A DNA stretch of 64,000 nt from an uncultured Pseudomonadota bacterium (GTDB lineage: Bacteria; Pseudomonadota; Alphaproteobacteria; JACZXZ01): assembly GCA_963749075.1 (NCBI GenBank), contig CAVVLJ010000021.1:512001-576000 (forward strand), read 5' to 3'. Of this stretch, positions 47,905 to 56,633 are shown piece after piece (within the stretch, counting starts at the first letter, position 1; each line of letters opens with the position of its first letter). The position numbers and the translations under genes were made by a program. The notes beneath the pieces are model-generated. The model worked only from the letters and a program-made list of their open reading frames with translations. It was not told where the DNA came from and made no database searches.

Positions 47905-48876
47905 TCAAGGCCGCTTGCGCCGGGCCGGGGACGATCTCCGCCGAGCAAGCGCGCCGCGCCCGCGGCTATCCTGCAGCATGACTGTGCGGATGGCGCCGCC
48001 GAGCTGCCGCACCGCCAGCACGTTGAGCGGGAATTCCAGCACGACGTGGATCAGGCTGAGGGCGAGCAGGATGCTGAACCCGAAGGCATAATCGTAGAAG
48101 TAGAGGCCGGTCGAGGCGGCGCTGACGGCGCCGACTAGCGCCAGCCGCCGGGGCTCCATGTCGGTCCAGCGAATGACCTCCGCTTTGATGAACCAATTGA
48201 GATAATGATAGGTGTAGACGAAGGCCAAAAGGCCGGTCAGCCGTGCGTCCAAGGTGAGGTGGGGAATGCCGAACAGCCGGCCGAGCGCCGGCGCCACGTT
48301 GCCGAAATACTCGCGGCCGGCCGCGGCGAATTCGGGCACCACCGTCGATGCCGAGGGCGGCACGACGAGGATGAGCCCGACCGCCATCGCGTAGACGGCG
48401 ATCAGGGCCGCCTGCACAGCACTCCGCGAGCGATAGGCGCCCAATGTCATGAAGACGAGCGTAAACAGCGACACGTGGATCAGGGTCGGAAGGAGAATTC
48501 CAAGGACCGCCAGCGACGGCGCATGCGTGTACATGACGGCCGTCAATCCGGTCGCGGCGATCACGAGGAGGACGCCTTGCGCGCCGCTGGACGCGGCCGA
48601 GACCAGCGCGCACGCCACGAGCGCACTCCACATCGCGAAACCGAACCACGATGCGCTGTCGATCAGCGCAGCGCCGATGGCCACCATGGCCAAGGCCAGC
48701 GCTACGCCGCGATGGGGTAGGAAATAATTGCGGTCATGCAGCCAGGAAATCTCGGTGGTGTAATGCACCGGGCCCAAGATGACGTATGACAGCAAGAGGA
48801 GCTCGAATGGCACGACGTAGGTCAGGCCAAGGGCCGAGAGCATCAGGCCGAGATGCACGGCGTCGGTGCGGCGCAT
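47905..48876 (-). CDS. Hypothetical integral membrane protein with His motifs
   Basis: About 9 hydrophobic segments; LGPVHYTTEISWLH, TLIHV, YTYHYLNWF and IHVVLEFPLN. Confidence 0.75.
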   Translation of the reverse strand: MRRTDAVHLGLMLSALGLTYVVPFELLLLSYVILGPVHYTTEISWLHDRNYFLPHRGVALALAMVAIGAALIDSASWFGFAMWSALVACALVSAASSGAQGVLLVIAATGLTAVMYTHAPSLAVLGILLPTLIHVSLFTLVFMTLGAYRSRSAVQAALIAVYAMAVGLILVVPPSASTVVPEFAAAGREYFGNVAPALGRLFGIPHLTLDARLTGLLAFVYTYHYLNWFIKAEVIRWTDMEPRRLALVGAVSAASTGLYFYDYAFGFSILLALSLIHVVLEFPLNVLAVRQLGGAIRTVMLQDSRGRGALARRRSSPARRKRP

Positions 48877-49062
48877 GGCGCATGATACCATCTCGGCCGA
48901 TGCCCTAAGCCGACATCTGCCCGATGACCAGGAAGCGGCGTGAACGATAGCATTCCGCTCGGGCAGCCGGAAGCCGAAAGGCAGCGTCCGCATGAGACTT
49001 CCGAGATTATGGGCGGGAGCAGGAAGCTGAAGGCGGACGGCGCTGCCGGCGAAGGAGCGTCC

Positions 49063-49392
49063 CTATTCGCCGCGCTGGCGCCTGCGCTCCGCCTCGAGCC
49101 TGCCGGCGAGGAAGAGCCCGAGCATGCGGAAGTCGCTCGCGAAGGACCAGAGGGGATAGCGCAGGGTCGCCGGGCGGTTGCGCTCGAAGACGAGGTGGCC
49201 GAGCCAGGCCAGGCCGTAGCCGGCGAGGAGGGCCGCCGGCAGCAGGCGCCAGTCCGCGGTGGCGATGGCGAGGGCCAGGAGGAGCATGCCGAGCATCGTG
49301 CCCGCATAGTGGCAGACCCGCGTCGCCGGCGACATGTGCTCGGCGAGGTAATAGGGCCAGAACTCGGCGTAGGTCGTGGGGCGCTTGCTCAT
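49063..49392 (-). CDS. DUF962/Mpo1-like membrane protein
   Basis: FWPYYLAEH....R..HYAGT...GYGLAWLGH..FERNRPAT..YPLWS. Confidence 0.88.
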   Translation of the reverse strand: MSKRPTTYAEFWPYYLAEHMSPATRVCHYAGTMLGMLLLALAIATADWRLLPAALLAGYGLAWLGHLVFERNRPATLRYPLWSFASDFRMLGLFLAGRLEAERRRQRGE

Positions 49393-49482
49393 GGCTTCCG
49401 GCGCTCGCTCGTCTTGAAAATGCCGGCCGATCGGCGTAAGTCAAGCCCTGCTGCAACCCTAACGTCAGGCTGGTCAGGTGTC

Positions 49483-50508
49483 ATGGGATATAGAGTGGCG
49501 GTGGTGGGTGCTTCCGGCAACGTCGGCCGCGAGATGCTGACGACGCTCGCCGAGCGCCAATTCCCCGTGGACGAGGTGGTGGCGCTCGCCTCCGAGCGCT
49601 CGGTCGGCAACGAGGTCTCCTTCGGCAACGAGGAGACGCTCAAGGTCCGCGATCTCGCCAAGTTCGACTTCAAAGGCATCGACATCGTGCTCTCCTCGCC
49701 GGGCGCCAAGGTCTCGGCCGAGCACAGCCCGCGCGCCGCCGAGGCCGGTGCCGTCGTCATCGACAACACCTCCTATTTCCGCATGGACCCGGACGTGCCC
49801 CTCGTGGTGCCCGAGGTCAACGCCCACGCGATTGGGGGCTACAGCAAGAAGCGCATCATCGCCAATCCCAACTGCTCGACCATCCAGATGGTGGTGGCCT
49901 TGAAGCCGCTCCACGATCTCGCGCGCATCAAGCGCGTGGTGGTCGCGACCTACCAGTCGGTCTCGGGCGCCGGCAAGGACGCCATGGACGAGCTCTTCGA
50001 GCAGACGCGCGGCATCTACGTCGGCGACCAGCCGCAGAAGCGCAAGTTCACCAAGCAGATCGCCTTCAACGTCATTCCCCACATCGACGTCTTCATGGAT
50101 GACGGCTCGACCAAGGAGGAGTGGAAGATGCGGGTCGAGACCAACAAGATACTCGATCCCGACATCGCGGTCTCGGCAACTTGCGTGCGCGTGCCGGTCT
50201 TCATCGGCCACGGCGAGGCGCTCTCCGTCGAGTTCGAGAAGCCGATCGCGGTCGAGGAGGCGCGCGCCGCCCTCAAGGCGGCACCCGGCTTGGCCGTCGT
50301 CGACTACCGCATGGACGAGGGCTATGTGACGCCGGTCGAGTGCGCCGGCGAGGACAGCGTCTTCGTGAGCCGCATCCGCCGCGACCCGACCGTCAAGCAC
50401 GGCCTCAGCCTGTGGGTCGTGGCCGACAACCTGCGCAAGGGAGCGGCGCTCAACGCGGTGCAGATCGCCGAGGAGCTGGTGCGCACCCACATGAGGAAGG
50501 CGGCCTAG
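49483..50508 (+). CDS. asd: Aspartate-semialdehyde dehydrogenase
   Basis: VVGASGNVG, IANPNCST, YQSVSGAG, CVRVPV and DNLRKGAALNAVQIAE motifs. Confidence 0.97.
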   Translation: MGYRVAVVGASGNVGREMLTTLAERQFPVDEVVALASERSVGNEVSFGNEETLKVRDLAKFDFKGIDIVLSSPGAKVSAEHSPRAAEAGAVVIDNTSYFRMDPDVPLVVPEVNAHAIGGYSKKRIIANPNCSTIQMVVALKPLHDLARIKRVVVATYQSVSGAGKDAMDELFEQTRGIYVGDQPQKRKFTKQIAFNVIPHIDVFMDDGSTKEEWKMRVETNKILDPDIAVSATCVRVPVFIGHGEALSVEFEKPIAVEEARAALKAAPGLAVVDYRMDEGYVTPVECAGEDSVFVSRIRRDPTVKHGLSLWVVADNLRKGAALNAVQIAEELVRTHMRKAA

Positions 50509-50534
50509 CGCGCCTCTTCCGGCGCCTTTAGTCT

Positions 50535-50637
50535 ACCCCCCACCCCAACCCTCCCCCTCAAGGGGGGAGGGGGCTCTCGCGGTGGCAACGCTGATATCTT
50601 CCCCTCCCCCCTTGAGGGGGAGGGCAGGGAGGGGGGT
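50535..50637. repeat. REP-like inverted doublet, copy 3
   Basis: accccccaccccaaccctccccctcaaggggggaggg ... ccctccccccttgagggggagggcagggaggggggt. Confidence 0.85.
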
Positions 50638-50655
50638 GCTGCGAGGGAGAACGCC

Positions 50656-51825
50656 ATGCCCGTCGTCGAGCGCATCAACGCCTACCACGCGGAGCTCGGG
50701 CGCATCCGGCGCGACATCCACGCCCATCCCGAGCTCGGCTACAAGGAGCTGCGCACCTCCGAGCTCGTCGCCCGCGAGCTTGCCGCCTACGGCGTCGAGG
50801 TGCACCGCGGCCTGGCCGGGACCGGCGTCGTCGGCCGCCTCAAGGCCGGGCGCGCCAACCGCGCGATCGGGCTCAGGGCCAACATGGATGCGCTCCCCAT
50901 CCACGAGAAGAACGACTTCGCCCACCGCTCGGCGAACGACGGCGTGATGCACGCCTGCGGCCACGACGGCCACACGACGATGCTCTTGGGTGCGGCGCGC
51001 TATCTCGCCGAGACGCGCAACTTCGACGGCACCGTGCATTTCATCTTCCAGCCGGCCGAGGAGGGCGGCGGAGGTGCCCGCGTGATGATCGAGGAGGGGC
51101 TCTTCGAGAAGTTCCCCTGCGATGCGGTCTACGGCATGCACAATTGGGCGACCGCACCGGCCGGCACCTTCGGCATCCGCGCGGGTCCCACCATGGCGGC
51201 CTCGGGCAACTTCGATCTCGTGGTAGAGGGCCGCGGCGCCCATGCGGCGCGGCCCGAATCCGGCGTCGATCCGGTGGTGGTGGCCGCCAACATGGTGATG
51301 GCGATCCAGACGGTGGCGAGCCGCAACGTGAGCGCCATCGACGCGGTCGTCGTCAGCGTGACGCAAGTGCACGGCGGCCATGCCTATAACGTCATCCCCG
51401 ACGAGGTGACGCTCAAGGGCAACGTGCGCGCCTACCGGCCCGAGGTGATCGCCAAGATAGGCCCCGCGCTCGCGCGCATCGCCGACGGCGTCGCCGCCAC
51501 CTACGGCGCCAAGGCGAAGCTCGACTTCCGCATGCTCTACCCGCCGCTCGTCAACCACGCCGAGGAGGCGCGCCTCGCGGGCGACGCCGCGGCCGAGGTG
51601 GTGGGCGAGGCGAATGTGAACCGCGACATGCCGCCGCGCACGGCGTCCGAGGACTTCTCCTACATGCTCGAGGCCCGGCCCGGCGCCTTCATCTTCATCG
51701 GCAACGGCAAGGCCGGGGGCGCCTCAGACGTGCACAACCCGCACTACGATTTCAACGACGACATCATCCCGCTCGGCGCGAGCTTCTTCGTGCGCCTCAT
51801 CGAGAAGAACCTGCCGAAGCGGTGA
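50656..51825 (+). CDS. M20D amidohydrolase (hippurate hydrolase-like)
   Basis: HAHPELG, MHACGHDGH, FQPAEEG, ASEDF and HNPHYDFND motifs. Confidence 0.92.
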   Translation: MPVVERINAYHAELGRIRRDIHAHPELGYKELRTSELVARELAAYGVEVHRGLAGTGVVGRLKAGRANRAIGLRANMDALPIHEKNDFAHRSANDGVMHACGHDGHTTMLLGAARYLAETRNFDGTVHFIFQPAEEGGGGARVMIEEGLFEKFPCDAVYGMHNWATAPAGTFGIRAGPTMAASGNFDLVVEGRGAHAARPESGVDPVVVAANMVMAIQTVASRNVSAIDAVVVSVTQVHGGHAYNVIPDEVTLKGNVRAYRPEVIAKIGPALARIADGVAATYGAKAKLDFRMLYPPLVNHAEEARLAGDAAAEVVGEANVNRDMPPRTASEDFSYMLEARPGAFIFIGNGKAGGASDVHNPHYDFNDDIIPLGASFFVRLIEKNLPKR

Positions 51826-51837
51826 AGACAGGCCGGC

Positions 51838-51911
51838 AACCACGAAGACACAAAGACACGAAGGTGGATACCGTCTCTTCGCGTGCTTCGTGCCTTTGTG
51901 GCTTCGTGGTT
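51838..51911. repeat. 26-bp inverted repeat built from 8-nt CACRAAGA units, between convergent genes
   Basis: AACCACGAAGACACAAAGACACGAAG (51838-51863) and CTTCGTGCCTTTGTGGCTTCGTGGTT (51886-51911), 2 mismatches. Confidence 0.8.
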
Positions 51912-51924
51912 TCTCTTGCTTTCC

Positions 51925-52644
51925 TTAGCATCCCAGCCGGTCCGCGAGGGCCTCGAAGTCCGCGGCCACGAAGTCCCAGGCTTGCGAGGGCTCGAGGTCC
52001 GGCTTGCCGGCGGGGCCGTGCTCCTTGGGCCGCGGCACGAAGGCGGTGCGCAGACCTTGGGCCGCCGCCGCCTTGAGGTCGCCGTTGTGCGCCGCGACCA
52101 TCGCGCATTCCGCTGGCTTGAGACGCAGGAACTCGACGGATTTGCGGTAGGCCTCGGGGCAGGGCTTGTAGTGCCGTGCGAGCTCGGCGCCGAGCACCAT
52201 GTCCCACGGCAGGCGGCCGTATTTGGCGAGGTTGACCATGAGCGCCACATTGCCGTTCGAGCAGGTGGCGATGATGTATTTGCGCTTGAGCCGCGCAAGA
52301 CCGGGAACGGCGTCCGGCCAGGGGTCGAGGCGGTGCCAGGAGCGGTTGAAACGGTCGAGCGCTGGCTCGGGGATGCCGCCGAGATGGCGCTCGGCGAGCA
52401 GGCGGTCGAGGCTCGCCCGATGGAGATCGTCGAGCGGCTGCCAGGCGATGGCACCCTTGCGCACCTTCTCGAGGGTCGGCTGGTAGAGCCCGCGCCAGGC
52501 GTCGGCGAAGGCGGCCCAATCGATGCCGGCGATGCCGTTCTCGCGCCCGAAGGCCTCGCCCTCGCGGATGATGCTGGTGCGCCAATCCACCACCGTGCCG
52601 AACACGTCGAAGAGGAGCGCCTTAAGGGCGGGCGGGCCAGCCAT
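51925..52644 (-). CDS. Haloacid dehalogenase type II
   Basis: FDVFGTVVDWR, SNGN, YKP.PEAY and MVAAHNGDL motifs. Confidence 0.92.
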   Translation of the reverse strand: MAGPPALKALLFDVFGTVVDWRTSIIREGEAFGRENGIAGIDWAAFADAWRGLYQPTLEKVRKGAIAWQPLDDLHRASLDRLLAERHLGGIPEPALDRFNRSWHRLDPWPDAVPGLARLKRKYIIATCSNGNVALMVNLAKYGRLPWDMVLGAELARHYKPCPEAYRKSVEFLRLKPAECAMVAAHNGDLKAAAAQGLRTAFVPRPKEHGPAGKPDLEPSQAWDFVAADFEALADRLGC

Positions 52645-52845
52645 GGGAATCTCCGCGTGTGGATGCGGGTACACGGCACGAAAATCCGACAACTCATTCC
52701 GTGCGCCAATCGTTGCCGCCAATATATGGCCGATAGCGAAATATCGACAACAGTGGAGGTGATCGCCGGACGTCGTCGTTGCGGCGATTTCTGGATCGGC
52801 GCATAGTGGCAAAGGTCGTCGCTTCCCGAGATGGGCCGCCCAGTC

Positions 52846-53070
52846 ATGAAACAGTTCACGGTCCGCGCGCATTTCGATCCCGAGACGAAAGTCTGGTGGG
52901 GATCGAACGAGGAGTTGCCGCTGACCACGGAAGCTCCCACGCTCGATCAGCTCTTCGCCCGCGCAGTCGAGATTGCGCCCGAGATCGCCGTCATGAACGG
53001 CCTGGCGGAGCACGGCGAGCAGGTCACTATTCAGATCACGGCAGATCGGGTGGCGACCGTCGACGGATAA
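52846..53070 (+). CDS. DUF1902/HicB-like antitoxin
   Basis: VRAHFDPETKVWW......L.TEAPTLD.L.......APE pattern; stop overlaps the hicA start. Confidence 0.75.
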   Translation: MKQFTVRAHFDPETKVWWGSNEELPLTTEAPTLDQLFARAVEIAPEIAVMNGLAEHGEQVTIQITADRVATVDG

Positions 53071-53265
53071 TGGCCGCCGCCTTAGATCGGGATTTGCTGC
53101 GTCTTCTTAAGCAGGCCGGATGCCGGTTTGTACGAGCGGGCAAGGGAAGCCATCAAATCTGGTATAGCCCCCTCACGAGGCGGAACTTCGCGGTTCCGAC
53201 CGGAATCGTCAGCCGGCACTGCGAATTCGGTGCTGAAGGATGCGGGTTTGCCGAAGGCGTTCTGA
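53070..53265 (+). pseudogene. hicA: HicA-family toxin with a frameshift near 53219
   Basis: LLKQAGC.FVRAGKGSHQIWYSP....FAVP; the expected C-terminus (T)ANSVLKDAGLPKAF* is in another frame. Confidence 0.8.
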
Positions 53266-53343
53266 CGTTTATGGTCGCGACGCAATGGCGCATCGGCAGC
53301 GCCGGCTTCCGAGAAGCCATCCTCAGCTCGTCGAAGGGGAACC

Positions 53344-53961
53344 TCAGGTGAAGATATGGATGAGCACGCCCGAGCCGAAGGCGAGCATGACGAAGCCCGA
53401 GGTGCGGTGAACGCGGCGGAGGAAGACGTGGGACATCACGTTGCGGAAGATGCTCACGCCCGTGCAGAGGACGATCCACCAGAGCGCCGAGCCGAGATAG
53501 ACGCCGGCGGTCACGAGCGCGCCGCCGAGAAGCGTCTCGGTGCCCCTGGCGATGCCGACGGCGACGAAGACCGCGGTCAGCGAGAAGATGGTGAGCGGGT
53601 TGGAGATGGTGAGGAGGAAGGTGGTGGCCGAATCTTGGGCGAGGCTGCCAGCCTCGGCGGCGCTCCCCGGCGGGCGCCACTTGGCGAGGATCATATGGAG
53701 GCCGAGCGCCATGAGAAGGCTGCCGCCGCCGAGCTGGAACCAATACTGCTCGCGCTCGAGGAATTGCGCGGCGAAGCTCACGCCGAAGGCGGCGGCGGCA
53801 CCGAAGAGCGCGTCCGCCGCCGCGGCTCCCATGCCCGAGGCCAGGCCGTAGAGTGCCCCCTTGGTGAGCGAGCGCTGCATGCAGAGAACGCCGACCGGGC
53901 CGAGCGGCGAGCCGATGACGACGCCGACGGCAAAGCCCTTGATGAAGAGGATGAGCTGCAT
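53344..53961 (-). CDS. LysE-family translocator
   Basis: PLGPVGVLC...G.GAAAAD...FLLTISNPLTI...GVYLGSALWW. Confidence 0.9.
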   Translation of the reverse strand: MQLILFIKGFAVGVVIGSPLGPVGVLCMQRSLTKGALYGLASGMGAAAADALFGAAAAFGVSFAAQFLEREQYWFQLGGGSLLMALGLHMILAKWRPPGSAAEAGSLAQDSATTFLLTISNPLTIFSLTAVFVAVGIARGTETLLGGALVTAGVYLGSALWWIVLCTGVSIFRNVMSHVFLRRVHRTSGFVMLAFGSGVLIHIFT

Positions 53962-54095
53962 GTGGCCAAGCTTCGAGGTGCGCCGCCGCCCCGCCGGCCG
54001 AAAGGACGCGCATGCCGCTCCCAAGCGCACGAGGGGAATCGTCCGCCTTTGCGGGGCGCCTTGTGCCTCCCCCCAATCCGCCGTGGCAGCCCCCT

Positions 54096-54947
54096 TTAGC
54101 CTATCTTGCCGGCTTTGAACAGGCGCTTGGGCGCCAGCAGGGACTCTTGCGCCGCGACGAGCGCAAGCTCGCGCGCGCCGAGTGCTGCGGTCTTGCTCAG
54201 CACGGCATGGATGGCGGAGACGGCATGGCCGAGTGCCGCCGGCACGCTGCGGCGCTTGAGCAGATGGCCGAGGAAAAGGGCCGCGAAGCAGTCGCCGGCC
54301 CCGCTCGCGGGTGCCTCCAAGAGCGGCGTTTCGGCGAGCCAGGCGGCATGGGCGGAGACCGCAAGGGCGGCGATCCTCTCCCGCCCACGGTGCCGCCGGC
54401 AGAGGCCCTTGGCCACGACGAGGCGCGGGCCCCGGCCAAGGAGGCTGCGTGCGGCCGCGAGCGCCTCGGCGAGGCCGTCGACGCGGCGCTCGGAGAGGAG
54501 GCCGAGCTCGAAGAGATTGGGCATGAGGATATCGGCACGCGTGAGCGCACGCTCGCGAAAGAACTGAGGTATGCCCGGCCGCACATAGAGGCCCTTCGCA
54601 TCGTCGCCCATCACCGGGTCGCAGAGGTAGAGCGCCTTTGGGTTGGCGGCCTTGGCGCGCGCCACGGCGTCGAGGAGCGGGGTGCCCAGGCTCGCGTCGC
54701 CGAGATAGCCCGAGAGCACCGCAGCGCAGCGCTCGAAGGCCCGGCACTCGGCAAGCCCGGCGATGAGCGTCGCGAGCTCTGCGGCGGTTGCGACGCGGCC
54801 GTGCCAGCCGCCGTAGCCCGGATGGTGGGCGAGCGTCGCCGTGTCGATGGCCCACACCTCGTGGCCCAGGCGCTCGAGGGCGAGGCGTGCGGCGCTGTTG
54901 CCGACGTGGCCGTAGGCGACCGCGGATTGGATGGAGAGCACGTTCAT
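54096..54947 (-). CDS. pdxY: Pyridoxal kinase
   Basis: LSIQSAVAYGHVGNSAA, LSGYLG, CDPVMGD, PNLFEL and GAGD motifs. Confidence 0.92.
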   Translation of the reverse strand: MNVLSIQSAVAYGHVGNSAARLALERLGHEVWAIDTATLAHHPGYGGWHGRVATAAELATLIAGLAECRAFERCAAVLSGYLGDASLGTPLLDAVARAKAANPKALYLCDPVMGDDAKGLYVRPGIPQFFRERALTRADILMPNLFELGLLSERRVDGLAEALAAARSLLGRGPRLVVAKGLCRRHRGRERIAALAVSAHAAWLAETPLLEAPASGAGDCFAALFLGHLLKRRSVPAALGHAVSAIHAVLSKTAALGARELALVAAQESLLAPKRLFKAGKIG

Positions 54948-55023
54948 GGGCGGCCGAGCTTGCCATAGCGCCGCCCGGTCCCGCCAGCGCCCGAATTCTG
55001 GCGGCACCGTCCCGGTTTGACCG

Positions 55024-55051
55024 GAGTCCGCTTTGTGCCAAGGGAGACACT
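55024..55051 (-). repeat. Single 28-bp cassette-type site (TGGCAC core)
   Basis: Minus strand agtgtctccct-TGGCAC-aaagcggactc; 54 bp downstream of the stop of the SnoaL-like gene. Confidence 0.75.
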
Positions 55052-55105
55052 CGGCGGCGGTTACCGACAGGATGAGTGGCGTTCATCACGCCGCCGCAGC
55101 CAGCC

Positions 55106-55528
55106 TTACTTAATTGGCGGTGGGCTCGTCCAGTGCTCCTGCGCAAGGGCATCTGTCCACGCCGAGCCCAGTGGCTGCAACACCAGCCAAGTCTCCGCGA
55201 GCTTGCCTGCTTCGATCCGGTAGGACTGCATGCCCGCCCGGCTGCGCGGCTCGCCGGTCTTGGCATCATGCCACTTGAACGCAAAGCGAAACCACGCACG
55301 GTCGCCTACGAATGAGTGATCGTACACAACAACACGTATATCCGGCCGCTCATTCCGGGTCTTGGTGATCTCCGCCGCATAGGCCTCCCGTGTTACTGTC
55401 CGATCGCCCCCTTCATCATGTCGGATGTAATTGTCCGCGACGCAGCCCGGTACCAGGCCGTATTGGCCTTCATGCCAAACCCGCTCCCATCGGTCGAATA
55501 GGTCGCGCATCGCAGACTCGTCTGACAT
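55106..55528 (-). CDS. SnoaL-like/ester cyclase (NTF2-fold) protein
   Basis: AGGAG RBS; F.RWERVW.EG....V..CVA..YIRHD...PDIR...GDRAWFRF...YRIEAGKLAETW. Confidence 0.8.
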   Translation of the reverse strand: MSDESAMRDLFDRWERVWHEGQYGLVPGCVADNYIRHDEGGDRTVTREAYAAEITKTRNERPDIRVVVYDHSFVGDRAWFRFAFKWHDAKTGEPRSRAGMQSYRIEAGKLAETWLVLQPLGSAWTDALAQEHWTSPPPIK

Positions 55529-55790
55529 CGAAGAACTCCTTCCTGCCCGTGGCTCACTTGGAGCTGGCGTTTTGTCAGCTGCGCGAGAGGCGCTACAGCG
55601 CGCTCCCAAAAACGCAATTAGAAGCATAAAGCGGGCGCTTCGCTTCATTTTCTTCACCTGATACTGGCGGAACGTACGGCCATGGGCGGCAGCATGACAA
55701 CCACAAGCGGGGTTGTCGGGGGTTAAACGCCCTCGCATGGAGGAGGTATGGTGCGGAATTCGTGATTTTTGCACAAGTGAGGGATGGCGA

Positions 55791-55805
55791 ATGACCGGTT
55801 TGGGT
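55791..55805. repeat. Left part of a 28-bp TGACCC-type site split by the intron (right part 56530-56542)
   Basis: atgaccggttt-GGGT plus CA-atccgagacat rebuilds arm-GGGTCA-arm (reverse complement of TGACCC). Confidence 0.75.
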
Positions 55806-56529
55806 GTGCGCCGTGACAAGGCGGCGCTTTCCAGTGGGTGCAAGGCCCACCCGGCAAGCGCTCCAGCCGGAAGCAATCGGAGCAGTCATGGAGGCAACGA
55901 AATGGCTGAAGCCTTCGGATAGCGGGTCACGAATTGGTGACAGCGCGAGTGTGCAGGCCGCAACGCGAGTGAACGCCGAGCAAGCCTCGAAAAGGACGAT
56001 GTGCAGGCCGACCCGACGACCCTTTCGGGGAAGGCTGATACGCCTGGGTGAATGAGCGAAACCTACGGCCAGGCGCTGCACCGGGGTAGTGGCGGCAGCA
56101 TGTACACAAGGAAAGCGTACGCAACACGGGAAGCTCCAAGGCGTGGTCAGGGATGACCAACCGGACGCCCGCGAGGGACAGGCCGGGCGCCGTGGGGTGG
56201 CGGAGAGGTTCGTAGTACCGCTGAAGCCGGGTAACGCCGGTGGAGGGAAGGGGCCTCAGTTCAAGACAGACGCAATACGCGGTGAGGGACCTGGAGATTG
56301 GGCAACCTATCAACTCCGAAGAGTGTTCAGAAACTGCAGATGGTGTTGCACGCGAACTGTGAAGGCGTGAGGTCTTGTCCGAGAGCCGGATGCGGGAGAT
56401 CCGCACGTCCGGTTCGATGAGCGGGGTGTGGAAACGGAGCCAGGGTCGAACCAGTGAGGCACCGCCAGACGAAAGGGGCGGGAACAGATATGTTCGGCCT
56501 ACAGCCACCGCGCCACACCTCGACTCTAC
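55806..56529 (+). mobile_element. Group II intron, 724 nt, reverse transcriptase ORF deleted
   Basis: 5' GTGCG; domain V GAGCCGGATGCGGGAGATCCGCACGTCCGGTTC at 56383-56415; 3' end CGACTCTAC; IEP start remnant TTG-GNLSTPKSVQKLQMVLHA at 56298 joined directly to ...AAGGCGTGA. Confidence 0.9.
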
Positions 56530-56633
56530 CAATCCGAGACATTGACGATCCCGCCGCCGTCTTGCCCCGCCACCTGAAATCTTGCTAGGGTCGCTCGTTG
56601 CCGAGACATCTGCTGCCCTGGAGGCATGGCGTC

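Noticed and set aside
53344-55299. 651-aa ORF suggesting a large LysE fusion
   Set aside because: Only the last ~205 codons are LysE-like; the rest is an Arg/Pro-rich alternate frame of pdxY.
55927-56532. 201-aa minus-strand ORF across the intron
   Set aside because: Antisense reading of the structured intron RNA; it has no RT motifs.
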